Assembly: GCA_964057225.1 (NCBI GenBank)
Contig: OZ059896.1
Location: 17,670,001 to 17,734,000 of the forward strand
Direction: 5' to 3'
From: Auanema rhodensis
Lineage: Eukaryota > Animalia > Nematoda
Length of the DNA: 64,000 nucleotides
Part shown: one piece after another, positions 43,360 through 58,077 of the stretch
Numbering within the stretch: the stretch's first letter is position 1
How the letters are laid out: every line of letters begins with the position of its first letter
Position numbers and translations under genes: made by a program
The notes under the pieces: generated by a model
The model's database searches: none
Told to the model about the DNA's origin: nothing
Seen by the model: only the letters and a program-made list of their open reading frames with translations

Positions 43360-46300
43360 GAACCTGATGTTCAATTACTGTAAATAAATGAAATAATATA
43401 TAATTTTATGAAAATATATATGTAAGAATGATTAAATCAATAATAATCTTATTATAAATCAAGAAAAAAACTCTTTTAACTATAAAATGATAGTAAAAAA
43501 GTTAACTGATATAGTATTGATATGAGTGAAATGTGATAAATTGTCTTTCGTTTAAGAATCTGCTGATTTGGAGCTAATGATGAGGCGTTCAGAACATCTG
43601 CGAGCTACCTTCAGGCTACAGGCAGCACGAAACGAAACGGTCTGGAATGAGTTTATGGAGTCTGAAAAGGCGTGGTGGCCGAAGAAGAAGAGGTGGAAGG
43701 AGAAGAAGAAGAAGATGATGATGACGATGATGATGAAGATGAAGAGAGTGGTCAGAGAGAAGAGCAACAAGACACAAGGGAGGTGTCAAGTGGATTAAAG
43801 AGTCAACATTGTTCGAAAAGACTGTCTACTGTGTGAGTCCCCCCCCTTTCTACCAAACCTTCTTTTCTCGCTCCTCGCCCTTCAGAGCCCAAACCATCAT
43901 CACTGTCTTCACAGCTTTGTTTCAATCTTTTATGCAAATTTTAAAGCATACTCTCTACTAAGTTTTTTTTTTCAAATCATGGTATAAGATAATAAATAAG
44001 ATTCAGTGAAAATGAATATATAATATTATATATTTTGTATAAAATATGAATCAAAATTATTATATCAAACAAGTTGAAAAATATAAATATCAATAAGCCT
44101 TTCAGTAGATTATGTTAATTAAAATAATTAATATAAGCTTTACTCAAGTAAAATATTCAAAAAAAAAGAAAAGAAGCTGAATAGCGTTTAGGATGAACTT
44201 GCTTACTCTGCAGCCTGACGACTTCAGGAGTTCATCTTGTGGTCAGCAAGCTGCTGACGAAAAGACGGAGAGAGGGCGAACGTTCGCAAACAGAATAGAA
44301 GGTTGTATGGAATTGTGTATGAGAGAGTGAAAAGAAATCGAACGAATGCAAGGTAGAAGATGAGGGCTTCAGAGAGACTCAAACAATAGAATTTCGTTTG
44401 GGCTCCGATAATATTCTATTTTATAATGAAATATTATACATATACATATGTTTGAAAATTTTCTTAAACTTTATATCATATAGTAGAAGCTATGAGTATT
44501 ATACAGTATACAATGCTTCTAATACATAGTTAGGCATGTACCTTTCTTCATTCAAAGGGGTGATGTTACAGCCTGTGAAATTGAATGTATTTTGGTGCAT
44601 GAAGAGAAAGAAATATATAGATGAATAGCAATAACAATAGTTATAAAGCTTTATTTGAAAAAAGCAAATCACAAAAATAAGTTTAAAATTTGAAATGAGA
44701 TGATTAGGAAAGATATCACATACACCGCTAAAACCGCAAAACCATGTCTCTAAACGGAGCTAAAGCTAATGAGTGTATGAGGAAGAACATAGAAGTTTTG
44801 ATAGTTTAGTTTAGAAAAAAAATGAAAAGAAAACAACATTTGCATACATAGATGATGATCTAGATGATGATGAAGGATGAATCATATAGAGTTAAGAGAT
44901 GTAGCATCAGATTCAAGAAAGACAAGAATAATGATGAACACTAGAACGTATTTCGGTATTTCAGATGAGTCATGTCTATATATAGTTCATTTCTCTCTTA
45001 TACAAGTGTGTATATGTGTGTTCAGATGATGTATTAAGTGCTTTCGAACACTGGATATTTCAATTTGACCTCAAGGCAATTTTGCTCTTGGAAAAATGGT
45101 CATGTTTGCCTGCACCCTTTAACCTCACAAGCATCATTTTTCTGCTTGTTCTTCCTTTCATGCTAGTCTCCTTATTCTATACCGCCTCCAGACCCTATTC
45201 TCTTTCCCCTTATCCCCCCTCCCCCGCTTCGGTGTATCTCTCTTTCTCTCTCTCTCTCAATGTCAAATAAACTTTATGATTAAACTTTCACACTCTTCTT
45301 TTTCTTTGTGTTTCTGTTATCATTCTATCACTTCTTTTTTTCTTCTCACATCTTCATTTTTTCAGTCTTTAAGTGTTTGCATGCTAGCTTGTGCAATGCC
45401 CCCCGGGCTTATCTAATAAGCTGATCATCAAATTAGGAAAAATATAACAGATGATTTCAGTTCAAAATATTTCTATATTGGATCTTTCAAATGTGTATAA
45501 ATAAAAAAAATTATTTCAAAGAACAAAGAATTTCATGATAAACATTCCTAGATTTTCTAATCATCAACAACAATACATTCTGTAAATATGCATATTCTTA
45601 GATATAAATATGAGGAATTGAGCTACTAATCTAGGTAAAATCACTTCCTTTTTCTGAACAAAAAAAATCAAAACTTCATTTGGGTTTTGAACGTTTTCAA
45701 GGTTTTGCCTATAGAAGCAGGATATTTTTAAAGTTTTAAGATATAATAACTTTATTTTTCAGTTTTCATACTTAAAGCATCTTTTTATTTTATTTTACTT
45801 ATATTAATCAAATTTATTTAATATTTACTAAAAAAATAATATAATATTGTTGGTTGATTGTTGTTTAGAGTTGTTTTTTGAAAATCGTTATACCGAGGAG
45901 AAGCAGTATTATAATAATCTGACCTATTTAGCTTAAAAGTTTAACATAACATTCATTTCTGTTTTTTATCTTTTTTTCTATAAAATATCAAATATAAAGT
46001 TTAAAAAAGAAATTATATTGTATTTAACTATATCTTATATTATTACAATATCTCAAAATAAAAATATAATTAGTAGTTTAATACCGTTGTTTAATGTCGA
46101 CGTCAAAAAATAAAAAAGCAAAATATGTTTGTTTTACTTATAAAATTATTTCATTTAATGCCATCTTTATATAAATTTTAAAAATAATACATAATATGGA
46201 ATCAAAAAGATCACATTGAATTTCAACTTCTATGTTGTAAATATTTTTTTTAAGAATCACAAGTATATTTGAAATAATATAAATTAATAAAAAAATATAT

Positions 46301-47672
46301 ATGTATATACATATTTAATACATATAATATATAATAAATTATAAAATAATTTAATAAATGATGTAAAGGAAATGAAGATACATCTAATGCTGCAAAGGGG
46401 CGATGAAGAAGGAACTTCATAGAATATAAGAATTTTTGTATGAGATGTATATATTCATTCAAAGACAAACTTTTAGATTCTTAATAAAGTAAAATCAACT
46501 AAATTCATTTAATTATTTCAATTTCTTTTAATTTTTACAAATATCTGTCTGTAAAAGCCAGATTATATTTGTAATCAAGAAAACGATAATCATTCATAAA
46601 ACTTCAAATATAAAATATAATAAGATGATTTAGTTATTGATGTTAACTTTAATTTCTATAATTATATAAAAATTTAATTATAATTTATATAATAAAACTT
46701 TCATTTTTTTTTTGATAATTTTTCTTCTACTCAATATTTATTATAATAAAAATATTAAGATTATATACTTTTTCTTACATAAAAATATTTTTAAATAGAT
46801 TGTTGTAAATTCTTATTATTATTGTTTTTATATGTTATAATTTATTTATTTTTATTAAAATATATAACCAAATTTATTAGTCAAAGTTCATTATTAACCG
46901 TATAGTCTTATTATTAAACATATTGTATTTGTTATAACTTCTTTTATAGTTATTTCTATTGAAAAAAATACAAAATATCATATATTCTTGTAATATGATA
47001 TTTGAAGAATAAAATGATGTAATCATCTTATATAGATGTATATGTATAGGATATTATATATAACATTATACATTTATATAGTATACTTAACTATTTTAAA
47101 AAATAATAAAATAATAACAAAAAATATTATTTATCTTTCTATATATATTTTCAACATTTTAAAATAAAGGTTAATTCATTAATAATACTAAGTAAGAACT
47201 TAAGAAATGTATATAAAACCCGCCAACAATGATAATCTTCTTTTATTTTTTCTTCACGCAAAGAAAAGTGAAGATTACTTCATTCTATTCAGACTTTCAA
47301 TTGGTTTTTATTCATTTATCTTTCATATGTGGAATACTTTTTGATCAAATTTGAAAAGAATAAAATCTGTTTGAGTAAAACGTTCTGTTTTTGCAAAAAA
47401 AATTGAATTCGAATCTATTTAGTTATTATACAGTTTCTAAAAACCTTTCATTTTTAGCAGAAACTAATAATTATATATGAAAATGTTCTCAACTTGTTCT
47501 ATACTGTTCTAGATTTTATCTATTTCTTATTTCTTACATATATTCTCCTTACTTACTATTTAAAAATATATTTATTTAAAGATTGGTATTAATAAAATAT
47601 TTTACCCATCTTAACAAGCATAATATAACTAATTCAAATCTCATTTGTTCTTTTACTACTCTTTACCCCTAA

Positions 47673-49561
47673 ATGGAGTGGGTTATCCTTCATAAAGGAG
47701 CACAGAATATTGATTTATACAACTGCAGGTTTGAATAAAATAAACTTTAAACTCTCATTTCTAATGCTTTAGTGCTTTGACACCTGAAGAATGGACTGCT
47801 AGAGATGGTGTTCGTCATGTTGGCTGGGGATGGGTATCGCTACTTTATGGAATTACTATAGAAGTAATGTGCAATATTTCATTTTCAATATATTCTGTTT
47901 TGCAACAAACAAAGTTGCGTAAGCTTAGACTAAAACTTAATCGTAATTATAACTCGTTCATGCTCAATTAAGCTGTATAGCACAGAACAAGTAACACAAA
48001 TATAACTAATTTCCCAAAGATTCATCAAAACAATTAGAAGACAACTATAATAATTTTAGTTACTGTACATACCATGCTTGATCGTGATTCAATCCAAAGA
48101 ATTTTGGGCTCATTCTTGTTTCAAAATTATGTTTTTCCTTGGAGTTGTAGATATGGCAGCTATCTGTGTTAATTCTATCATATCAGGCATGTTTTATTTT
48201 AAACTTTTTATATTTATATGATATATCTTAAATGTTTTATTTTATAGGAATACTTCTAATGGAAGGTGCAGTTTATTGTTCTCATCCCGAATTTATCTTT
48301 ATATCTGGAAGTATTGGATTAGGTGATTAAAAATAATCAGAATATATGTATTATTTAAATAAAAATATAAAAATATTTAGATAATAAGTAGAATATAAAA
48401 AGTATTAATTTAAATTTTAAAGGTCTGTGGTGTATGGCTTGTATGATATGCTTAGTATTGGTCATCAACAGACTATTAGATATATTAAAATATAAGTAAG
48501 AATATATATATATATATATATATTAATTAATTTTATTAAAAATACTGATACAATTTTAAATAAATAATATTCTTATAGACAACAAGTAGTTGATGCTATA
48601 TTCGATGGTTATCGTACAAATATTATATTATTTATTGCTTTGTGCTATGGACTATATTTCATTTTTTTCACGCCACCACTACTGTTTGCATCACAATATG
48701 GAGCTTGGTTCTTCGATCCATTTATCTTTCCTGGAAAAGGATTACAGGTTAAACTTATAAAAATAATAAATAAACAATAAAAAACAACATAAATAACAAG
48801 AAAAACTTTACTATTTAAGTACCAAAATTGGCTACATTCTGCTAATAATGTTTTCATTGTCGGATGCACATGCTTCCTCTATGGTGTGTTCTGTATTGCT
48901 CTTGGTCGTCGTTTCCATGAAGCACTAACAGAAACAAATAGTCATCGTCGTATTCATAATCAGGTTCGTAATCATGAGCTTTAAATAAATTATTTTAACA
49001 TCGAATTAGCTTTTGTAATTATGAACGGCTATACTCATTATCATTATTACGCATCTATATTTTAGTTTTAAAACTAAAGTCCAAACTGATATCTTCAATG
49101 AAACCAGTTATTGAAGATATTTTTATACAATTTTCAAAAACAGTTCACATGTTACACTAATCTTGTGGTTCTGAAAGTTAATATTATATTTTCTGCAGAT
49201 TTTCCTGCAATCCACTGTCATATGTATGGTCAATCTATTCGCTTCGGTCATCTATGTTGTTATGCAATTCGTATCAGTACATCCAGCTTATATAATAATT
49301 GGACATGTAAGTTGGCAAGCTGGTCACGGGTGTCCAGCAGTCATCTATCTCGCCATGAATCGAACTATCCGAAATGGTGTATTAAAGCTGTTGAGGCTTA
49401 AGGTGCGTGCCTTGTCTTTATTTCAACTAAATAATTCAATGCATATAACTAGTAGAACTTATTAATAACTTTCAATTTTTCTTCAGAAAAGCAGTAGAGG
49501 AATGGTAGGTGGTCGTATTCATGTAGCTCCAACCACCCACTCAGAGTCAACCAGACATTAG
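47673..49561 (+). CDS. Serpentine receptor class T (Srt) 7TM chemoreceptor, copy 1
   Basis: LYNCSALTPEEWTARDGVRH, LLYIPCL, SCFKIMFFLGVVDM, GAVYCSHP, LVINRL, FTPPLLF...WFFDPFI, HSANN, IFLQS...IYVVMQF, WQAGHGCPAVIYLAMNRTIRNG are Srt family motifs. TAG at 49559-49561. One intron is GC-AG. Confidence 0.93.
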
Positions 49562-49680
49562 AAGATGTGAATGAAGCTATAAACAACATTTGAAATTTTT
49601 TTAAAAATGTTGAAGTTTTTAGATTTCAACAATGATCTTCATCTTTAGCATAATCATTGAAAAATGAAATTGCCTTCATA

Positions 49681-50361
49681 TATAAGGTGGTCCAATCGAA
49701 ACGTGGCCCCTATTTTTTTTTCGGCCTATTTTTTTGAAAATCATGCTAATCTTTCAAAAATTTTACAAACAAAAATAAAATTAGAATATATTTAAACGAA
49801 TACAAAATAATATTTTAAATTAAACCCAGATCATTCATCTGAAAAGCTTGTTTGATTTTAATCTCATTTTTTTCGTCTTGTTCGTTGTGGTTGTAGCTCA
49901 TATGAGCCACGTCCTTCTTTTTGAAAATGGTATTTGCCATTGCAGCCGAAGATGAGCTCAGAAAAGGAGCATAGCGTTGTTGCATGACAACGCGCGCCCA
50001 CACTGTTGTGCGAAAGCACAAGAGAAGCTTCTGGAGTTTGATTGGGACGTTTTGAAGCACCGTTCCTATTCTCCAGATCGAGTTCTAACAGATTTTCTTC
50101 TGTTTGGATCTATATAGCATAGTTGGAGGGTCAAACCTTCAAAACAATACAAGAAATTTAAAATTTTACAAAAATTATTTTTGATTCTTAACCTAAAACA
50201 TTGTTCAGAAAAGTATTTAGAAATTTGGAAGAAAGGTAGAAGAAAGTGATAGAGAATCAAAGAAATTATTTAAAAAAATAATAACTTTTGTAATTTCATG
50301 TTTTTTTAAAGTTTTTTGGGGCTATGGGGATGGGTCTACGTTTCAATTCGACGATCTAATA
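49681..50361 (+). mobile_element. Internally deleted, degenerate mariner (Tc1/mariner) element
   Basis: 30-bp imperfect terminal inverted repeats including TA ends (TATAAGGTGGTCCAATCGAAACGTGGCCCC vs revcomp TATTAGATCGTCGAATTGAAACGTAGACCC, 23/30 identical). Internal remnant ~49977-50110 reads LLHDNARPH...LLEFDWDVLKHRSYSPDRVLTDFLLF, a decayed HDNARPH / HPPYSPDLAPSDF. Confidence 0.9.
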
Positions 50362-52569
50362 TACTTATGAAGATTCATACTTAGTTAGATACATGTATGT
50401 AAGTATCTACATAGATACTTATATGTCATCTAGATTATTAAAAAACAAATTCTTCTGGGATCTCAGTACATTTTTTTTGCATCACAAGCATATTTTATTA
50501 AATATAACTTGTACAAGTCCATTGGGATATATCTGTTAAGCTAAGGTTTTTCGTATAAATAAGTAGATAGAAAATATTCATAAAATTTTTATAATTATAG
50601 AATATATATATATATTTTTTTAACTTTCATATCTTTATATATATATATATATGTTTGTTTCTATATCTTTCAACATAAATTATAACTTCCATACACTTAT
50701 GTCTATGAGAACTTACTACCAATTTTCGTTGTAACAGTATAGAAATATAATAATAAAAAGAATTTTTTTGTATAACTTATCATCGTTTTTTTTATTTATC
50801 ATTCTAATTTCTATATACTATATGTAAATTTAAAAATAATTTTATACAATTAATAATTATTATGATTTAATGAATTTTACTAGCTGTTTGTGCTCACGTG
50901 ATTTTACGAAAAAAATGAGTCCTTGAAGCAAAAAGCTAAATTTCTAATCCTATTACTCAAGTATGTCAATTGTTGAACAAACCAAGGTTATTAGCATCTT
51001 TGAAGCCTTCATCTACTATTTCAACTTTTTTTTAGTTTAAATAAAAGTTTATTATTTTAATTTTATGATTTATACACATATAATTAAAGTTTAGATATTT
51101 TATCTGTATAACATAACTTCCAAAGAAAATTAATAATTTTATGGGTTTTTATTTTCAAATTGTATGTGTTGTATGATATTTTAATCATGCTCATATAAAC
51201 ATATGGAGTTAATGGTAAGTTGAGAAAGAACATACAAAAATAGACTTACAATTAACTTTTCCAGTACATATTCCCACAATAATCATTGATGCAAATATAT
51301 ATTGTGTTCCAAAAATCCAAAAATCATAAAGTTAAAATGCTTAACTATACAATTCATAAGCATATTAGCATTTATAAAATATATATTTTACATTTAAAAG
51401 CAAAGTTTGCTTATTAGCTAATAAGTCGTCAATGATATTTTGTGCAGATCCCTCCACGCGTCGTAGCTTATGCTTGCGTAACTGAATTATGTCGTCAGAG
51501 GCATCGCTTAACTATATTACAGTAATAGATATTGGATTATGAAAAGCTTTACTCAATCCTAATTCAAATGATATTTAGAGAATAAATTTTCATTTTTTAT
51601 TCTTTGAGTACGTTAAGTATATTTATCTGATTTTATATAAATATATATTATATTATATTATATGAAGATATAAAGATATAATCCGTATGTTTCAAACTCG
51701 AAATGTCTTCTTAATCTTATATATCTGTAAGTTGAATTTGAGCAATGTTCCAACTAAAATGTTAAAACAATCAGAATAAGTATATACTGAAGCATATATA
51801 AGTGAAAGATATTTGAATTAGTCTCACTTTAGCTACCATCATTGTTACCAAAAACTTCAACAATTGTAGGTTTTCAATTCTAAACTTATTTTAAAACTTT
51901 AATACATTATTAATTTTTATTTATTTCTTTCCAAAGATCTTTTTACAAAAATTATTTTATCAAATAATTTTTATTTCTTTCCTTTAATTCCTTCTGTGAC
52001 TAATTCATATTTTTTAAAAAAACATTAAATCTTCATGTTTATACACGTAAAATCATATCTTCATCTTTTAAAAATTTTTGAAATAAATAAAAACAATTCA
52101 TCATTTCATAGAAAATAAGATTTTAAAGTTTATTTTATGGTTTTATATATAAAACTTATATGCAATATTATTAGCTATATGTATTTTCTTAAATATCTAT
52201 AATATTATATTCATCTATTTAAATTAAATATTAAAATATCAAAATGAAAACCTTTTATAATCACAATGAACTAACTATTTTAATTAATTAATGATTTTTG
52301 AAACATCAGATGACATCAATAGTCTGACGACATAAGACTATCGCACTGTTCTTCATTCATTCTTCCTTATTATTAAAGAATATAATTTTTATTTTAATGT
52401 TTTAATAATACATTTTACATTTCATCTATTGATCATCTTAAGCTTTTTATTTTTTAAATTTCTGTTTCATCTCAAAATTTCAAACATTTTTATGTTTTTT
52501 TCTGAAGCAATCTCTTGGTGAAAGAGCTGCGAAACAACATCGATCTATCTACTACGTTGAAATAAAACA

Positions 52570-54201
52570 ATGGAGTGGTTCATCCAAAATGGTGGAACTC
52601 AGAATATTGAGCTTTATAACTGCAGGTAAAGCATTTTCTCAAAGTATTAAAGCTTATTTCTGTGTTTATGTTTCATTATCTTGTTGAATTCTTATATGTT
52701 AATCACATTCATCACTGTATTTTTAAGTGCACTGCCACCAGAGGAATGGACTGCAAAATATGGTGTGAAACGACCACTTTGGGGAGCAATTAACCTATCG
52801 TATGGAATAATAATTGAGGTAAAACAGGCAGTATAATCTTGAATTTTACCTATGAAGTCCAAAAAAAATAATTTTAGTTACTGTACATACCATGCTTGAT
52901 CGTGATTCAATCCAAAGAATTTTGGTCTCATTCTTGTTTCAAAATTATGTTTTTCCTTGGAGTTATAGATATGGCAGCTATCTGTGTTAATTCTATTATA
53001 ACTGGTTTGTTTATTCTCTATTTCCGCTCTCTCCTATCATTTTTCCTTATTATGTAACCCATTCCACAATTCCATGCTTTTTCAGGAGTTCTTCTTATCG
53101 AAGGAGCTGTCTTCTGCTCTCATCCTGATCTCATATTTGCAGCTGGATCTTTTGGACTATGTAACATTTTATAATATTAATATATGATATAGAGATTAGA
53201 TAATCTTATTTCAAAGCTTAAAACTGTATAAACTTTTTGTATTACAGCTTGCTGGTGTGCTGCATGTTTGGTATGTCTAGTTTTGGTATTGAATCGTTTG
53301 TTTGATATCCTCAGATATAAGTAAGTATTACCTATTCAAAAACTTGATATTATGAATAAAAATCATTTTATAGACAACATATCATTGATGCCATTTTCGA
53401 AGGCTGGAGAACATATATCATAATTCTTGTGTGTTTCCTATATGGAGCATATTATTATCTCTTTACACCACCTGTAATATTTTCATCAAAATATGTAGCG
53501 TGGTTCTTTGATCCATTTATCTATGAGAATCGTACATTAGAGGTACGCTCAAAGCTCAATGAAACTAACCAACATCATTACAATTTCAGTACTCAAACAA
53601 TCTTCATTCTGCTAATAATATTTTTATTGTTGGATTCACTTGTTGCTTATATTGTATTTTCTGTATTGCTCTTGGAAAAAGATTTAGAGAAGCATTTGCT
53701 GAAACAGCTAATCATCGTCGTATCCATAATCAGGTTAGATCACATTTGAAAGAAGTTCAATAAGAAATATATTCAAAATGGTGGTTTTCCACCACGCTTT
53801 GAGAAAAATATACACAAGATAACGCTCAATAGAGAGGATTGAAGCAATAACATTCTTACAAAACTATAATTCAAACGTTTTTAGATTTTCTTGCAATCAA
53901 CTGTTATATGTATGGTTAATTTGGGTGCTTCTATTATTTATGTTGTTATGCAATTTGGCCCTGTGCCAGATGTTATCATAATGCTTGGGCACATTTCTTG
54001 GCAACTTGGCCATGGATGCCCAGCAGTCATCTATCTAGCCATGAATCGAACTATCCGAAATGGTGTATTACGACTTATTAGGCTGAAGGTCTCAAATGAT
54101 CACAGCAATATCATATTCGACATGTCTGCTTATAGGCTCCAAAAACAACAAAATCTAGTGGATCACATGGCATATCAGATACGCATACACGACGAACGTA
54201 A
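52570..54201 (+). CDS. Serpentine receptor class T (Srt) 7TM chemoreceptor, copy 2 (tandem paralog)
   Basis: MEWFIQNGGTQNIELYNC/SALPPEEWTAKYGVKRP... WQLGHGCPAVIYLAMNRTIRNG, with the same exon structure as copy 1. The last exon APKTTKSSGSHGISDTHTRRT* ends at 54201; if the last intron is retained the frame runs to 54301. Confidence 0.92.
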
Positions 54202-54459
54202 AAACAGTAAATTTTCATCTTCCCCAATTTTCAATCGTTCACCCGTAAATTTATTTACTCCTGAACCAAATGTATTTTTTGTTAATACTCCCCAAGAATG
54301 AAAGAATATAATCAAATATTGTATTAAAACCATATTTATTATAAATAAAGATAAGTGAATAATCAAGTAATTATGCTGATATAATGAAATAAATAATTAT
54401 TAATTAATTTAGTTGTTTGTTAGCTTGGTTATTTGTTTGTTTCCATACAAATATTCTTC

Positions 54460-56632
54460 TTAAACAACTCTGTATGAGATATCCATAGCAATATTGTTGT
54501 ATCTGGATACTCCGCGAATCAAAACTTGATTAGATACTGAGGTGTAAGAGCGTTTGTAAGCTTCAGGGCAGCAAACACTGAAAGTGAAAAATTGAAAGAA
54601 ATAAATAAATATGATTATGTTTATTTAAGCTTTGAAAACTTACAGCATTCCAGCTAATTCTGGTGTTCCCATGTTAATTTCAAATCCAGCCCATGGGCAT
54701 GATTCCATACATGTGGCATCAAGATTCTTTACTTGGATTTGAAGACGAGTTCCTGGTGGAGACTGAAATAAATTATTTTTGAAATTATAAGATTAACTGT
54801 AGTATTTAAGTAATAATAAGTATTTGAATAAATAAATACCATGATAACATAGAAGCATTCAGATGGTTCACTGTATTGGAAAGTCATTCCTAGTCCAGCT
54901 TGAGCTTTGAATGTCTCATAATCTTTGTTAGTAGCCTTTAAGAAGAAGATGAATATGAATTAACACAGAATATGTGTTATGTTTACTTGAATGAGTTGTC
55001 CATTGCAGACTGGAGCAGTAGCTTTAGCCATAAGCTCACAAGTATCTCCACTGAAATATCTGGGGCAGATACAAGTCTTGCAAGTGTTAGGATTGATAAT
55101 TCCGCCATTTTTACATCTGATTGTAGATGGACAACGAGCTGTAAGCATGTAGAAATGACAAAACGTTTTTTTTTGAAATCTTTTTTTTTTCCTTACCAGC
55201 ACATTTGTAAGCCAAGTTCATTTGTTTCACGTCAGAGAAAGCTGGAGCATCACGTTGTCCCATCATGTTTTGATAGTTGGGATCCTTAGCAAGAGAAGTT
55301 GGGATATCATAATCAACGGAGAAAGCATCTGAATTAGATTTTGGATATGTATATCAATGATATAGAAATCAAGATTACATGGATTATATTGCATAACACT
55401 TCCATAATCATAAGGCATGCCGAAGTGAGTTTCAGTAGCAGCTGTCATCTTATCAAAATTATATTGAAGACTAGATTGAATGTTAGCGAAGTTAATGTTT
55501 AAGAAGTTGTCACGATCGTATCTATAACAATAGTCATATCATTTGAATTTCTTATATATTATATATTATTACGGTACCTAGATTGAGTGTGATAGAATCC
55601 AAGAGCATGAGCCATTTCGTGGCAAATAGTACCATGCTGTAAAATAAAAATATCACCTTAAGCTTATGTTTTGAATATTCGTTCGTTTTTTTACTGTTTT
55701 CTAACAAAGCAAGTTTGTTTATTTCGTTAACAACTTACAGATTCACATCCGGAACCAATAGAAATATCTTGGCTACCAAAGTTTTGCTTTCCAACGTATG
55801 ACCAGCAACCGCTTCCTTTGAAGAAACGAAGACGGTTAGTTCCAGCTGTACGACTTTCAACAAAGTTCAAACAAGTGTTATCTTGCCAGAATTGTACGGC
55901 AGCCAAAATTCGGGTACGGTCTGAATGATGTCAAAACTATGAGTCCAAAAACGAATAAAATCATAAAATCATACTTAATCCGCTTTCAATGTAGAAAGGA
56001 ATACTTTCATTTGGGCTCCAGTAAGCCTTGACATCGGTAGTAGCAGCTCTCTTTCTACGTTCACCTAAACAAAGGTAATTTGAATCCTTCTAATCTAATA
56101 AATCTGTCTATACCAGTAGGATTAAGCATATTATCTATTTGGTTTGAAGATAAAATCATATCTCCTTCAATAGATATTCCTGACAATTCATTGCTTGCTT
56201 CTGGTGTAATCTCCTCAGTCATATTATTCCTGGGGCCAACAGAGCTACGGTATTCCTCCTGCAAAATGCATGTTTGATATGCCATTGTTTGGTCAAACAT
56301 ACAAGAGCGGCTTTAAGTTCCGGGTTTTCGACAGTTTCAGCTCGGCTAAATTTAGAACGACGAAGAGTGAGGGAAGACATAGCTTCTCTTTGCTAGAAAT
56401 ATATAATATTTTAGGTAAAGGCATTTTATTCTAAATGGTATACCTCCCGGATCCAATCCTTATCAGGGCCTTCCTCATGTGTGATCAAGATTTCCTCAGC
56501 CTATATAAGCCTTGTCGTTTTGAGAAAAAATGCTGGAAAAAATACCTTCTGTAATGTGGCAGCCTCTTCGTCACCATCTTCATCAGCACGGACATAAGCT
56601 ACAACGAATAAAGCTATGATGTAGAACTTCAT
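54460..56632 (-). CDS. Astacin metalloprotease with EGF-like and CUB-like domains (nas family)
   Basis: Signal MKFYIIALFVVAYVRA; IEGDMIL propeptide; RRKR furin site; FWQDNTCLNF; GSGCWSYVG; HEMAHALGFYHTQSR/YDRD; YDYGSVMQY Met-turn; EGF CKNGGIINPNTCKTCICPRYFSGDTC; CUB-like ...CMESCPWAGFEI...VCCPE...; TAA at 54460-54462. Confidence 0.93.
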
Positions 56633-56668
56633 GATTGAAGCTTCATATCAAGATCATGATCTGATCCG

Positions 56669-56677
56669 TTTATATAC
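56669..56677 (-). promoter_or_regulatory. Candidate TATA box (GTATATAAA) of the astacin-EGF-CUB gene
   Basis: Reverse-strand GTATATAAA ~37 nt upstream of ATG 56632. Confidence 0.55.
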
Positions 56678-58077
56678 TAGATCATCCGTGATTTTGTTTT
56701 GTAAATATTCTTTTGAAATTGCATTTTTCCATAAAAAAGGCAGTCTATATAGTATTCAAGTGAAGCATATCCAATTAATCGAACCATATTCATAACAATA
56801 AGCTGCAAAAAAATTGTCCCAACTTACAATGCAATAGCTCTAAATACAATCAATTTCATACTAATTCATTTTTTACTCAATTTGGGCAAAAATCATTGAA
56901 AACCAATGTCGCCTCTCGAATTCTCTCTCATGATGAAGATCGCACACATGTGGACTTAGACCTTATATCATATCTTATCGAAGACAAAAAATTAAAACGA
57001 AACATAGTCTGGAAATAGTACAAAGGTCTTTTTCATTTCTGTTTGTAAACGTTCAAAGAACTTTCGCTATTTTCCAAATTTTATCAGAAAATGAAGATTT
57101 CAAGCCTTACACTTTGTGTACAGTAAAAAAACCTTGACCTATTTACGTTCGAAGTGCGCCAGTGCGAAATGTTTCACATATAAGTTTATTTTGATTTTTA
57201 TAAGTATGTTTTCAATGTTTATTTCAATAAATACGTTTGAAAATAGATTTGTTACGAAATTAACTAGAACGGAAACTTAATGAGGAAGTTTTCATTAGAA
57301 TTGTTCTGCAAAACTGAATAATTACAATATTTATAACGAATATGATTATTATATCATTGAACTTTTTGCATTTAATGCGTTAATTCCTACTTTCTTAATT
57401 TATTTATTCCAATGTTGATTATTTCTATATTTTATTATATTATTTGAAATATAGTTTGCTGCTTATTATGTTTCATGGCGTGTTTCTTATAATTTCCAAA
57501 AATTCGCCTTACATCGTTATCATAACGGACTTCGCTCTCCAAAGTGGGACAAACTCAGCAATCAATTTTATAATTAATTATGACCTGCTTGCTGTTTGGT
57601 CTATCTTGTTTATTACTATTCATATAGATAAATTTCGAGATCTTTGAATTTTGCTGATATTTTATTATTCATATATTTCATATCAACAATATTGCAAGAC
57701 TTGTTGGAAGACCTTAGATGCATTACCTTTTCCAGACAAGTATCGATCCGCAATTTATGTAGTAACATTTTGAAAACTTAATTTATTTCAATCATGAAGG
57801 AATCAAATGTTCTTGCATATAAAACAGGTCAAAGATATGTCATTACTATTATACATGAAGATTGAATGTCAAGATTGTTGAATTCCTTTTAACTATTTCT
57901 ATTTAACAACGAAAACATTTTTAGTTCGACGATTTTTAGGCTGTTGCATTGTTATTATAAACCACGTTTTTGTTACGTTTTGTTATCGTTGTCTTCAACT
58001 AGACTACTCTTCCTTATCAGTTTTCGATGATTTAGCTCTTAATTATCATACATATTGGTTTGTATTCTCTATTTGTA

